Shown piece after piece: positions 20,594 to 30,520 of a stretch of DNA of 64,000 nt. Below the pieces are notes generated by a model that was not told the DNA's origin, ran no database searches, and was given only the letters and a program-made list of their open reading frames with translations. The position numbers were made by a program, and so were the translations under genes. Origin of the DNA: an uncultured Ruminococcus sp. (GTDB lineage Bacteria > Bacillota > Clostridia > Oscillospirales > Ruminococcaceae); assembly GCA_900545345.1 (NCBI GenBank), contig UQYQ01000001.1:34426-98425 (forward strand), given 5' to 3'. Every line of letters starts with the position of its first letter. Position 1 is the first letter of the stretch.

Positions 20594-21208
20594 ATGCAAG
20601 AAAATTTTAAGCTTATAGAAGGCTTGAACATTGAAAATACATTGGGTGTAAAATCATCATATATTAAAGTGAATGACAGTGAAATTTCCTGTGTTATCAG
20701 TGCCGAAAAAATAAAATCCATTATTTTAAAAGCCGTTAAATTAATAAAAAAACCTTACTTTTTCATTGAAGTTCCATGCACAGAGGCTCAAGAAGCCGAA
20801 CTTTCAAAAAACGGCGACAACGGACTTCACCTGCAGCTTTATAACCTTGAAGTTACAACTAAAGTTGCCGACGCTATTTTAAAAAGATACGGCGATTTGC
20901 TGATTAATGACGGCGTAACCAATTTTGGATTCGGTTCTCTTGAAACTGAAACAGAGATTTATGTTATGCCTTTTCAAAGCATAATGTTTTATAGTCAAAA
21001 TAACATAACGGTCTTTGAAAAAATTCTGAATGATTTTAATATCATAAAAACTTCAAATAAAGATTATATTTCAATAGACAGTCTTATTTCAAAAGAAAAC
21101 CCAGCCGACAGAGTTTTAGTAGAATTAAACGGCGAAACGGTTTTTGATGTTATAGATAGTTTACAAGACGAAGGTCTTACCGCTTGTGATATTATAAAAG
21201 AAAACTAA
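20594..21208 (+). CDS. Hypothetical acidic protein, no recognisable family
   Basis: ORF in track from 20474; better start at MQENFK (20594) with AAAGGG SD 7 nt upstream; 204 aa. Confidence 0.5.
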   Translation: MQENFKLIEGLNIENTLGVKSSYIKVNDSEISCVISAEKIKSIILKAVKLIKKPYFFIEVPCTEAQEAELSKNGDNGLHLQLYNLEVTTKVADAILKRYGDLLINDGVTNFGFGSLETETEIYVMPFQSIMFYSQNNITVFEKILNDFNIIKTSNKDYISIDSLISKENPADRVLVELNGETVFDVIDSLQDEGLTACDIIKEN

Positions 21209-21252
21209 CATAGTTTTTTTAATATGCAAAAAGAAAGGATGCGAATAATCTT

Positions 21253-21786
21253 ATGACAAATATATGGCATGATATTTCCCCGAAAAAGATTTCTCAGGAT
21301 AATTTTATGGCTGTTATTGAAATCCCTAAAGGGTCAAAAATCAAATACGAACTTGACAAAGAAACAGGACTTCTTATGATGGATAGAATACTTTATACAT
21401 CTACTCATTATCCTGCAAACTATGGCTTCATTCCAAGGACCTATGCTGCAGATGGCGACCCTTTAGATGTGTTGGTTTTATGTTCTGAAACCCTTGAACC
21501 TCTTTCCCTTGTAAACTGCTATCCCGTCGGAGTTATAAAAATGATAGACAGCGGTTCAACTGACGAAAAAATTATAGCTATACCGTTTAACGACCCTATG
21601 TATAATTGCTACAGTGATATTAAGGAGCTTCCAAAACACATATTTGATGAAATGTCGCACTTCTTTTCTGTATATAAAACACTTGAGGGAAAAGACACCG
21701 CAATAGAAGAGGTTGACGGAAAAGAAGTCGCTAAAGAAATTATTCAAAGCTGTATTGATAATTATATTGAAAGCTACTGTAAGTAA
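21253..21786 (+). CDS. ppa: Inorganic pyrophosphatase (family I)
   Basis: 177 aa; conserved EIPKGSKIKYELDK and DGDPLDVLV metal-binding motifs. Confidence 0.9.
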   Translation: MTNIWHDISPKKISQDNFMAVIEIPKGSKIKYELDKETGLLMMDRILYTSTHYPANYGFIPRTYAADGDPLDVLVLCSETLEPLSLVNCYPVGVIKMIDSGSTDEKIIAIPFNDPMYNCYSDIKELPKHIFDEMSHFFSVYKTLEGKDTAIEEVDGKEVAKEIIQSCIDNYIESYCK

Positions 21787-21878
21787 TTAGTCATATCCTC
21801 CGCCTTTATGGTTCGAGGATATCTTAATTTTATAATAACAATATGTCAGCTTAATTCAATGGAAGGATGCGATTTGTG

Positions 21879-23168
21879 ATGAAAATAAAAAAGTTTATAT
21901 GCTTATTTACAACAGGCATTATATTTGTAAGTTTATTTTTAAGTGTTCCAACAGTATCATCAACAGTACGTCGCGAAGAAGAACCTAAAATAAAAATCGG
22001 TAATTTTTCATACACATTTAAAGAAAATGTACAATATGGCTCAGTTAAAATTCCGTATTCTGCGACAGTTGTTGAATTTCCCGATATTCAAAAAGTTGAA
22101 TTACCGTCAAAGGTTACTTACAACGGAAATGAATATACAGTAACTGATATAAGGATATACGGCGGATATTATGTTGTCAAAAACAATTCATATATTTCTA
22201 AATGTAAGTATCCGAATATTGAAGAGATTGTATTACCTGATACAATATATAACATAACTGACTTAGGTTATTTTTCAAATCTTAAAAAAATTAATATACC
22301 GAAAAACACAGTGCTGCGCAGAAGTAAAAAATATTTTACTGAAAATTATTACTATGATTTTGAATTTACCGGAGGGCTTAGCGGCTGCCCTAATCTAAAA
22401 TTATCTTTAGACCCAGAAAACCCATATTACTGCTATAAAAACGATATGCTTTTGTCAAAGGACGGAAAGACACTATTTATATCTTTTAATTCTCAAAAAA
22501 ACATCGAAATTCCTGATGGTGTAGAAACATTACTCTACAGGGGAGGATACGGATTTGAATCAGTAGAAAATGTTAAGTTTCCTAATACACTTAAATACAT
22601 TGGTGACTATGTCTTCTCCGATTCAAATCTAACAAAAGTCACACTCCCAAACAGTGTTAAACAAATAAAAGACAGTGCGTTTTCAAATTCCGGCCTTAAA
22701 ACAATTAAATTCGGAAAGAATTTAACTCGTCTTGACATATCAGCATTCAGCAAATGCAAAAATCTAAAGGATGTAACAATCCCTAAAAAACTCAAAACGA
22801 TTGGTTATTATGCATTTGAAAATTGCAAAAACTTAAAAAGTGTAAAAATTCTTTCAAAAAACATTGTTATCCAAGGAGAAGCCTTTGCAGGTTGCCGTAA
22901 ATTAAAAATAGTTAAAATAAACGGTGCTGAAAAAATAAATGAAGAAGCATTTCGGGGATGTAAAAAGCTTTCTAAGGTAATAATTAACAACAAAAGAAAG
23001 GCTCCTAAAATCATTAACACAGCCTTTAGAAACACCAAAAAAGGCATAAAATTTTATGTAAAGAATAAGAAAGTAGCCAAGAGCTTAAAGAAACAGCTAA
23101 AAGGCAGCGGTGTGAGAAACGCAAAAATTTTGATAGGCAAAAAAGTTGTGTATAAGAATGTGAAGTAA
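21879..23168 (+). CDS. Secreted leucine-rich-repeat (BspA-type) surface protein with conserved K-rich C-terminal tail; paralog group A
   Basis: Signal peptide; repeated (I/V)xIPxxVxxIGxxAFxxCxxLxxV LRR units; C-terminus KFYVKNKKVAKSLKKQLKGSGVRNAKILIGKKVVYKNVK shared with 24480, 45780, 47273 and 48271 genes; N-terminal half closely paralogous to 48271 gene. Confidence 0.7.
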   Translation: MKIKKFICLFTTGIIFVSLFLSVPTVSSTVRREEEPKIKIGNFSYTFKENVQYGSVKIPYSATVVEFPDIQKVELPSKVTYNGNEYTVTDIRIYGGYYVVKNNSYISKCKYPNIEEIVLPDTIYNITDLGYFSNLKKINIPKNTVLRRSKKYFTENYYYDFEFTGGLSGCPNLKLSLDPENPYYCYKNDMLLSKDGKTLFISFNSQKNIEIPDGVETLLYRGGYGFESVENVKFPNTLKYIGDYVFSDSNLTKVTLPNSVKQIKDSAFSNSGLKTIKFGKNLTRLDISAFSKCKNLKDVTIPKKLKTIGYYAFENCKNLKSVKILSKNIVIQGEAFAGCRKLKIVKINGAEKINEEAFRGCKKLSKVIINNKRKAPKIINTAFRNTKKGIKFYVKNKKVAKSLKKQLKGSGVRNAKILIGKKVVYKNVK

Positions 23169-23268
23169 TTTTAAGCGGAACTAAATTGTTCCGCTTTTTT
23201 ATTTTAATTTTTTTTAAAATTAATGAGACTTTTTGCGTTTTGAAACGCTTAATAAATAGAAGGGAGGG
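23168..23268 (+). repeat. Copy A of ~95-bp intergenic repeat (terminator hairpin GCGGAAC-TAAATT-GTTCCGC + T-run + conserved AATTAGTGAGACTTTTTG..GAAACGCTTAATAAACAG)
   Basis: Near-identical copies at 43427-43516, 46950-47045, 48107-48210. Confidence 0.8.
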
Positions 23269-23429
23269 ATAAAGTCTAACATATTCTATATAATGTAATA
23301 TATGCACAAATATAAACATCTTTATTTGTGTGTGTATACAAATGTTTTTTATTTCCTTTACTTTACATTTAGTAAATGTTATAATATGGATGGAAATACT
23401 CCGTAATAACCATGAAAGGAAATATTAAC

Positions 23430-24458
23430 ATGAAACTCAGAAAAATTCTATGCTTATCACTTGCAGCAGCAGTCACATTCACTTCAGCAATTAATTTGAC
23501 AGTATCGGCTGAAATCGGCGGGGAGAATGCTAACGAAAATCAAAGCTTTGGCTGTATCATTCTGGACAAAATGAGGAATGAAAAATCTGATAACGACAAT
23601 TCGGGGATTTCTCCGCTTTGGACGGGTGATACACACGATGAAATCATCATGGGAGGCGATAGTAATTACATACCGGCCGCATATTCGGATTTAGTTTATA
23701 AAATTTGCAAATGGTGTGATGATGAAACCAAAATACCTTTTGCAACATGCTTGCACGGAAACAGAAACTATGTAGCAACATTAAAATTTTTATGGACTTA
23801 TGCACAAAAGATAAGTGTTAACAGCGGTGAAGCTTATCATGTACAATCTTCAAATGCTAAATCTCAATGTTTAGCAATGTTTGATAAACAAAAGTTTGAT
23901 AATTTAAATTCTTACGACAAACAAGATTATGTTCATTTGGTAAAACTAGCTGACACTACAGAATATGTTATTAATACATATGGAAAATTTAAAAACGGTG
24001 AGGGTAGAAAATATCTTATAGTCGGACTTATAATGCATTTTTTAGGCGATGTTACAGCACATAGGACTATAGTACCAAAATTTATGATTGATAGGGCAAC
24101 TGATTCTAATTATACAAATAGTATTAACAGATTCAATAAAAAAGATTTCTCAAATGCTGAATGGAACAAACTTATAACAGAATATAATAACGGTTCATTG
24201 GATTTTTCGTTAATACAAAATTTATTAATTAAAAGAAGCGGTGAAACAGACGAAGATTTAAATAAACGAAAAGTAAGTATTAGAAAAAGATATGAAGACA
24301 ATCCAAGTGTAGTTCCAAATAGAATATTACAATCTGAAACAATGGTTGATTATTTTTTCCACTATTTTAACAATGGATTTGATGACTCAATTTTCGACTC
24401 ATCATATTCGAACATAAACTTAATCTACTTAAATAACAAATACAAACGTCAAATATAG
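23430..24458 (+). CDS. Secreted protein with phospholipase-C/P1-nuclease-like zinc-binding domain (putative)
   Basis: Signal peptide MKLRKILCLSLAAAVTFTSA; motifs LWTGDTHDE (Trp/His N-terminal ligand region), LHGNRNYVATLKFLW, and HFLGDVTAHR resembling the H(Y/F)(L/I)GD..QP.H zinc motif of zinc-dependent PLC/P1 nuclease; paralogous to C-terminal half of 43621 gene. Confidence 0.55.
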   Translation: MKLRKILCLSLAAAVTFTSAINLTVSAEIGGENANENQSFGCIILDKMRNEKSDNDNSGISPLWTGDTHDEIIMGGDSNYIPAAYSDLVYKICKWCDDETKIPFATCLHGNRNYVATLKFLWTYAQKISVNSGEAYHVQSSNAKSQCLAMFDKQKFDNLNSYDKQDYVHLVKLADTTEYVINTYGKFKNGEGRKYLIVGLIMHFLGDVTAHRTIVPKFMIDRATDSNYTNSINRFNKKDFSNAEWNKLITEYNNGSLDFSLIQNLLIKRSGETDEDLNKRKVSIRKRYEDNPSVVPNRILQSETMVDYFFHYFNNGFDDSIFDSSYSNINLIYLNNKYKRQI

Positions 24459-24479
24459 AATCGAAAGGAATGTAACGAT

Positions 24480-25451
24480 ATGAAAAAGACTTTAAAAACT
24501 GCAATTGCTCTTATTTTATTTTTAATCTTGTGTACCAGTTCAGTAAATGCATTTCAATTTAACGGAAATATGGAGGTTCCAGGGTTTATAGTTGATGGTA
24601 TTATATACAAGCACTCCCCTGGTTCCACAGATGTAGAAATGGAAGGTACATTTTTACAGGGAAACCTTAAAACATTGTATATACCTGAAACCGTAAAAAA
24701 TGAAGGAAAACTTTATACAGTTACAAATATTTTTTTTGATGATTATATAGACGGTTTTCCTGAATGTGTTTATACTATCGATAATATAAATGTTTCTAAA
24801 AATTTGAAAGAATTTGTTACAGACACTGTATATAGATCTAAACCCGGAGCTTGGCAAAATCTCAAAACAATAAATATACCTAAAGATGCTCAGCTTAAGT
24901 CAATAGGATATTTTAAAAACTGTCCAAAGCTAAAAAGTGTTTATATCCCTGCGTCTGTTAAATCAATTGGCTTTAAAAACTGCCCTAATCTTAAAATGAC
25001 AGTTTCAAAAGACAATCCTAAATACAAAATGAGAAACACTCGGTATTTATGCTCAAAGAACGGTAAAACGGCATATGAGTATTTCGGAAAGCAAAAAAGT
25101 GTTACTATTCCTAAAGGTATAACTGCACTGTACGGTACATACTCAGATAATAAATATATAAAAAAAGTAACTATACCAAGCTCGGTAAAAACTATAAAGG
25201 GTTATACATTTAGTAACTGCAAAGGTTTATCCAAAGTAATAATTAAAAACGAAAAGAAAGCACCTAAGATTTCTAAAAAAACTCGTTATAATATCACTGA
25301 TAAAGTCTTTGAAAACACCAAAAAAGGCATAAAATTTTATGTAAAGAATAAGAAAGTAGCTAAGAGCCTGAAGAAACAATTAAAAGGCAGCGGAGTAAAA
25401 AAAGCTAAGATTTTAGTCGGCAAAAAAGTTGTGTATAAGAATGTGAAGTAA
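24480..25451 (+). CDS. Secreted LRR surface protein with conserved K-rich tail; paralog group B
   Basis: 323 aa; signal peptide; LRR units; same C-terminal tail. Confidence 0.7.
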   Translation: MKKTLKTAIALILFLILCTSSVNAFQFNGNMEVPGFIVDGIIYKHSPGSTDVEMEGTFLQGNLKTLYIPETVKNEGKLYTVTNIFFDDYIDGFPECVYTIDNINVSKNLKEFVTDTVYRSKPGAWQNLKTINIPKDAQLKSIGYFKNCPKLKSVYIPASVKSIGFKNCPNLKMTVSKDNPKYKMRNTRYLCSKNGKTAYEYFGKQKSVTIPKGITALYGTYSDNKYIKKVTIPSSVKTIKGYTFSNCKGLSKVIIKNEKKAPKISKKTRYNITDKVFENTKKGIKFYVKNKKVAKSLKKQLKGSGVKKAKILVGKKVVYKNVK

Positions 25452-25588
25452 ATTTTAAAGAGTCCTGATAACAAAAAAATGTTATCAGGACCTTTTAATT
25501 TCGATATAAAATGTTTGACAAAGCACGGTTTAATGGTGTACAATAAAAGGGTAATAAAATACAAAAATTCAAATTGGAGGAAGAATAA

Positions 25589-27112
25589 ATGGCATATGTA
25601 ATCGGTGTCGACTGCGGTACAAGCGGTACAAAAACTGTGCTTTTCGATGAAAGCGGAAAAGTTATAGCTTCAAAAACAATTGAGTACCCTATGTATCAGC
25701 CTAAGAACGGCTATGCAGAACAAGATCCTGCTGACTGGTCAAATGCTATGGTTAATACAATCAAAGCTGTTATGACACAAAGCGGTGTATCAAAAGATGA
25801 TGTCAAAGGTGTCGGTATATCAGGACAAATGCATGGTCTTGTTATGCTCGATAAAGACGGAAATGTTCTTAGAAAATCTATTATTTGGTGTGACCAGAGA
25901 ACAGCTAACGAAGTTGAAGAAATGAATCAAAAGCTAGGTGAGAAGAAGCTTATTGAAATTACGGCTAACCCTGCACTTACAGGATGGACCGCTGCAAAAA
26001 TTCTTTGGGTTAAAAATAATGAGCCTGAAATTTATGAAAAATGTGCTCATATTCTTCTGCCGAAAGACTACTTAAGATTTATACTTACAGGTGAGTTTGC
26101 AACAGAGGTTTCTGACGCTTCGGGAATGCAGCTTTTAGATGTTCCAAACAGATGCTGGTCTGACGAAGTTTTATCAGCTCTTGATATTGACAAAAGCCTT
26201 CTCGGCAAGGTTTATGAAAGCTGTGAAGTAACAGGAGAAATTACTGCAAAAATGGCTGAACTCACAGGACTTAAAGCAGGAACTATCGTTGTCGGCGGTG
26301 CCGGCGACAACGCTGCTGCCGCTGTCGGAACAGGGGTTGTTGAGGACGGAAAAGCCTTCACAACAATCGGTACTTCGGGTGTAGTTTTCGCACACACTTC
26401 AAACATTTCTATAGATCCAAAAGGGCGTGTACACACATGCTGTGCTGCCGTTCCGAATTCATGGCATGTTATGGGTGTTACTCAAGGGGCAGGACTGTCA
26501 CTGAAATGGTTCAGAGATAACTTCTGCAATGCCGAAAAGGAAACTGCCGCTTTAATGGGTGTAGACGAATACTATCTAATGGATAAGGAAGCTGAAACTG
26601 TTCCTGTAGGCGCAAACAGACTTTTATATCTTCCTTACTTAATGGGTGAGAGAACTCCTCACCTCGACCCTGATGCACGCGGAACATTTTTCGGACTTTC
26701 CGCTATGCACACCAAGAAAGATATGCTCAGAGCGGTTTTGGAAGGTGTATCATACTCCCTTCGTGACTGCGTTGAAGTTTTCAGAGAAATGAACATAAAT
26801 GTTTCTGACATGATGGCTTGCGGTGGAGGCGGAACTTCACCTTTATGGCGTTCAATGCTCGCTGATTTATATAACTGCCCTGTTAAAACAGTAGCTTCAA
26901 AAGAGGGCCCGGCTCTTGGAGTCGCACTTTTGGCAACTGTCGGTGCCGGAATTTACAGCAGTGTTCCTGAGGCTTGCAAGGCTGTAATTAAAACAGACAA
27001 AACTCAAGAACCTATTGAAAATAATGTTCCTGAGTATGAAAAATACTATCAGCTGTATCGTGAAATTTACCCTGCACTCAAGGCAAGTTTTAAAAAGCTT
27101 GGAACTCTTTAA
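25589..27112 (+). CDS. xylB: Xylulokinase-like FGGY carbohydrate kinase
   Basis: 507 aa; N-terminal VIGVDCGTSGTK and GISGQMHGLV motifs of FGGY kinases. Confidence 0.8.
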   Translation: MAYVIGVDCGTSGTKTVLFDESGKVIASKTIEYPMYQPKNGYAEQDPADWSNAMVNTIKAVMTQSGVSKDDVKGVGISGQMHGLVMLDKDGNVLRKSIIWCDQRTANEVEEMNQKLGEKKLIEITANPALTGWTAAKILWVKNNEPEIYEKCAHILLPKDYLRFILTGEFATEVSDASGMQLLDVPNRCWSDEVLSALDIDKSLLGKVYESCEVTGEITAKMAELTGLKAGTIVVGGAGDNAAAAVGTGVVEDGKAFTTIGTSGVVFAHTSNISIDPKGRVHTCCAAVPNSWHVMGVTQGAGLSLKWFRDNFCNAEKETAALMGVDEYYLMDKEAETVPVGANRLLYLPYLMGERTPHLDPDARGTFFGLSAMHTKKDMLRAVLEGVSYSLRDCVEVFREMNINVSDMMACGGGGTSPLWRSMLADLYNCPVKTVASKEGPALGVALLATVGAGIYSSVPEACKAVIKTDKTQEPIENNVPEYEKYYQLYREIYPALKASFKKLGTL

Positions 27113-27176
27113 TAAAATAATCGTATAATCCCTGTTATTCAGGAAATAATATAATATTGAAAGGAATTTATTTATT

Positions 27177-27824
27177 ATGAAACTATTTATTGACACAGCG
27201 AATGTTGACGACATCAGAGAAGCAAATGACCTAGGCGTTATCTGCGGAGTTACAACAAACCCTTCTCTAATTGCTAAAGAGGGCAGAGTTTTTCAGGATG
27301 TTGTTAAAGAAATCACAGAAATTGTAGACGGACCTATTTCAGCTGAGGTTATCTCACTGGAAGCTGACAAAATGGTTGAAGAGGCTAAACCTCTTGCAGC
27401 TATGCACAAGAACATCGTTATTAAAATTCCAATGTGTGCAGAAGGTCTCAAGGCGACCAAAAAGCTCACAGAACTCGGAATTAAAACAAATGTAACTTTA
27501 ATTTTCTCAGCTGCTCAGGCACTTTTAGCTGCAAAGGCCGGTGCAACATATGTTTCACCTTTCTTAGGCAGACTCGATGATATCGGCATGGAAGGTATGA
27601 ACTTAATTGAAGAAATCGTTGATATTTTCGATGCTCAGGCAATCGAAACAGAAATTATTGCCGCTTCTATCAGAAATCCAATTCATGTTACTGCTGCTGC
27701 AAGGCTCGGCTGTGATATCGCAACAATTCCGATGAGTGTAATCAAGCAAATGATTAAACACCCTCTTACAGACAGCGGAATTGAAAGATTCCTCAAAGAC
27801 TGGGAAGGCGTTGAAACTAAGTAA
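27177..27824 (+). CDS. Fructose-6-phosphate aldolase/transaldolase family (TalC/Fsa-type, 215 aa)
   Basis: [13 protein letters not shown]...GVTTNPSLI motif; catalytic Lys context IVIKIP; short Tal/Fsa subfamily size. Confidence 0.85.
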   Translation: MKLFIDTANVDDIREANDLGVICGVTTNPSLIAKEGRVFQDVVKEITEIVDGPISAEVISLEADKMVEEAKPLAAMHKNIVIKIPMCAEGLKATKKLTELGIKTNVTLIFSAAQALLAAKAGATYVSPFLGRLDDIGMEGMNLIEEIVDIFDAQAIETEIIAASIRNPIHVTAAARLGCDIATIPMSVIKQMIKHPLTDSGIERFLKDWEGVETK

Positions 27825-27852
27825 TAAATAAGATATTAAACTAATATTTTAT

Positions 27853-27895
27853 CAAACCGAAGTTTGAAAAATCATTCAAGCTTCGGTTTTTTATT
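27853..27895 (+). terminator. Rho-independent terminator after tal
   Basis: aaaccgaagtttg...caagcttcggttttttattt. Confidence 0.75.
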
Positions 27896-27907
27896 TATAA
27901 ATACACA

Positions 27908-27945
27908 TAAAAAATCCCGCATCATATTGACACGGGATTTTAGTA
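27908..27945 (-). terminator. Terminator for the convergent surface-protein gene
   Basis: aaaaaatcccgcatcatattgacacgggatttt hairpin. Confidence 0.6.
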
Positions 27946-27957
27946 TGTTAAATTTTA

Positions 27958-29799
27958 TTATTTAACTTTAACTTTTCTGAGCTTCTTATTCCACTTGCTG
28001 TATACTCTGATAGTCTTACCATTCTTATCCTTGTATGTAGCATAAGCTCTAACTCTTACGAAGTATGTCTTCTTGCTCTTAATCTTCTTATTCTTGATTG
28101 TGAGCTTTGTCTTCTTAACATCCTTCTTGAAGATAATCTTGCTCTTCTTGAACTTCTTGTTTGTTGAAACCTGAACCTGATAGCCCTTAGCTTTCTTAAC
28201 TTTCTTCCAAGTTACGTTGATCTTCTTCTTAGCCTTGCTCTTAACCTTTAGAGTATTAAGCTTAGCCTGTTTCATAGCTTTCTTAGCAGCTGCCTTTTCC
28301 TTAGCAACAACCTTAGGGTTTCTTGTAGTCTTTACTACAGGTTGCTTTGTTGGAGTTGTAACAGAAGGGTTTGGTCTTCCGCTATTTGTAGGATTAGAAG
28401 GTCTTACAATCTTCTTGAAGTTTGAAACTGTAAATGTAATAACCATCTCTTCGCCTACTTTGTAATCAACATCAAGCGGATCAATAGGTGCACCAACTGA
28501 ACTTGTATCACCCCAAGTATTATAAATCTCAAGTCTTAGATTATCATTGTCATCTTCAAGATCACCGAATAATGCTTTGCTAGCATCTTGAACAATTTCT
28601 TTTCCTGCTACTGTTATAGAATCAAGCTTTGCATCGAAACTAAAATCATTCTTACAATCTAAGAAATCTATAACCAAACACATTATACCGCTTACATCAG
28701 TCTCTGTACCATCTCCGTTTGCAGCAGGTATAACTAATTTGTATTGACCGTCTTTATCAATATCTACTGAAATTGTGCGTTCAATGCAAGGATAGTAGTC
28801 ACCGTCTGTGAAATATATTGCAGCAGTAACTTTATCTTTACTAGGTGTTGGGCCAGGAGTTGGATCTTTTTTAATCTCAGCACCCTTTAAAGTGAATTTA
28901 ACTGATATTGATGTAATTGTTGACACATCTGCAGGAAGTGCAATACTTCCGGCTGCGTTCCATGCATTATAAACATCAACTTTAATATCCTCTGGAGCAT
29001 CCCAACCATATACTGAAATATTCTTTAGAGCATTTGGTACATCAACTGATGTGCCGTTAACAGTTACCTCATCTACAGTGAGAGTTGCATTTTCATTAAT
29101 TAATGTACCCTTAACTGCACCAGTTGATCTAAGTGTAACAGCTGACTGCTTGTTTAAGCTAATACCTGTAGCTGAAACCTCATATTGACCGTCTTTATTT
29201 ACGCTTATTATATCTCCTAATTGAGTGCCATTGTTATCAATTAATCTGACTTTTGCAGCGTCTGAAGGGTCTGGGTCATCACCGCCGCCGATGTCACCAA
29301 GCTCATCTGTAGGATCTTCTAAATAGCATCCGATAAGCTTAGCACTTGTTATACCGTAATCGTCTTCTCCGTCATTCTTGAAGACTACAGCCATAAACTG
29401 TGTTACATCGCTGTCATTACCTTCAAATGTTGCAACATACTTACCGTTTTTAGGTGTTGAGATTGCAGGGTTTTTATCTCCTGGGTCCCATGCCTGTACA
29501 CTACTACCATTATTAAGGCAAATGTAAGCTGTAGTGTTTGCTGTTGCACCTGTAACTTCAAATGCAACATAGAATTTTTTGTTTTGAATCGCTGAGAATT
29601 TTGCGGTTGCACCATTATAGTCTTGAATTAGCTTAAGCTGAGAACCCTCAAGAGTACCTGTCTCGCCACCGCCGTACCAGCCTTTTGTAGGCTTGATAGG
29701 CTCAAGAGCAGCTGAAGCTGTTGTAAATGATGTAATAGCAACTGCAGAGAAAGCCATAATTGCCGCTGTTACACCAGACAGAAGTCTTTTTAACTTCAT
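27958..29799 (-). CDS. Secreted cell-surface protein with lysine-rich FN3-like C-terminal domain
   Basis: 613 aa; signal peptide ...TTASA; PT-rich linker; C-terminal KGYQVQVSTNKKFKKSK...YFVRVRAYATYKD pattern similar to C-terminus of 53330 gene. Confidence 0.6.
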   Translation of the reverse strand: MKLKRLLSGVTAAIMAFSAVAITSFTTASAALEPIKPTKGWYGGGETGTLEGSQLKLIQDYNGATAKFSAIQNKKFYVAFEVTGATANTTAYICLNNGSSVQAWDPGDKNPAISTPKNGKYVATFEGNDSDVTQFMAVVFKNDGEDDYGITSAKLIGCYLEDPTDELGDIGGGDDPDPSDAAKVRLIDNNGTQLGDIISVNKDGQYEVSATGISLNKQSAVTLRSTGAVKGTLINENATLTVDEVTVNGTSVDVPNALKNISVYGWDAPEDIKVDVYNAWNAAGSIALPADVSTITSISVKFTLKGAEIKKDPTPGPTPSKDKVTAAIYFTDGDYYPCIERTISVDIDKDGQYKLVIPAANGDGTETDVSGIMCLVIDFLDCKNDFSFDAKLDSITVAGKEIVQDASKALFGDLEDDNDNLRLEIYNTWGDTSSVGAPIDPLDVDYKVGEEMVITFTVSNFKKIVRPSNPTNSGRPNPSVTTPTKQPVVKTTRNPKVVAKEKAAAKKAMKQAKLNTLKVKSKAKKKINVTWKKVKKAKGYQVQVSTNKKFKKSKIIFKKDVKKTKLTIKNKKIKSKKTYFVRVRAYATYKDKNGKTIRVYSKWNKKLRKVKVK

Positions 29800-30124
29800 A
29801 ATAATTTCCTCCTTAAAAATTTTGAAATTATATCTTTTTGATACAATTTCATTTTATCATTAAACTTTTTAAATATCAATAGTTTTTGAATATATAATTT
29901 TTTTTTTGTATACTTAATCAAAAAATCAATTAATATTTTGTGCAAAATGGAAATTGACATATGAAACAAGCATACTTCTTGTCCCATATTGGTAAAAATA
30001 ATCAATTTTGTTGTATAGCTTTAACAAAATATTTGCCCTATAAGCACAATTTATTTTTCATTTTCCACTATATTTTTCATAATTACAAAAACAGCAGTTC
30101 CCTGCTAATAAAGTCTTTTCAGAT

Positions 30125-30160
30125 AAAAAATCGCATCCCGCAAAAAGCGAAATGCGATTT
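30125..30160 (-). terminator. Terminator after the tRNA operon
   Basis: aaatcgcatttcgctttttgcgggatgcgattttttatc on the minus strand. Confidence 0.6.
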
Positions 30161-30169
30161 GTGCAAATT

Positions 30170-30246
30170 ATGGAGCGGGCAACGAGGCTCGAACTCGCTA
30201 CCTCCACCTTGGCAAGGTGGCGCTCTACCAGATGAGCTATGCCCGC
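30170..30246 (-). tRNA. tRNA-Gly (anticodon GCC)
   Basis: Hand-folded cloverleaf: acceptor GCGGGCA/TGCCCGC, anticodon loop TTGCCAA, T-loop TTCGAGC, CCA encoded. Confidence 0.8.
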
Positions 30247-30250
30247 ATTT

Positions 30251-30326
<76 letters not shown>

Positions 30327-30337
30327 AAATAATAAAT

Positions 30338-30414
30338 TGGCGACCTGGATGGGAGTCGAACCCACGACCTCTAGCGTGACAGGCTAGCGTTCTAACCAAC
30401 TGAACTACCAGGCC
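30338..30414 (-). tRNA. tRNA-Asp (anticodon GTC)
   Basis: GGCCTGGTAGTTCAGTTGGTTAGAACGCTAGCCTGTCACGCTAG...GCCA; loop CTGTCAC. Confidence 0.85.
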
Positions 30415-30444
30415 ACAAGCCCCCGCTCTTGCAAGGACTAATTT

Positions 30445-30520
30445 TGGTGGGAACAACAGGGCTCGAACCTGTGACCCTCTGCTTGTAAGGCAGATGCTCT
30501 CCCAGCTGAGCTATGCTCCC
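30445..30520 (-). tRNA. tRNA-Val (anticodon TAC)
   Basis: GGGAGCATAGCTCAGCTGGGAGAGCATCTGCCTTACAAGCAGAGGGTC...CCACCA; loop CTTACAA. Confidence 0.85.

Noticed and set aside
21867-21878. Upstream start codons MRFV (21867) and MKGNIN (23412)
   Set aside because: The first ATG follows the Shine-Dalgarno with zero spacing. The downstream ATGs (21879, 23430) give proper SD spacing and signal peptides. Either start is possible, and boundaries are uncertain by a few codons.
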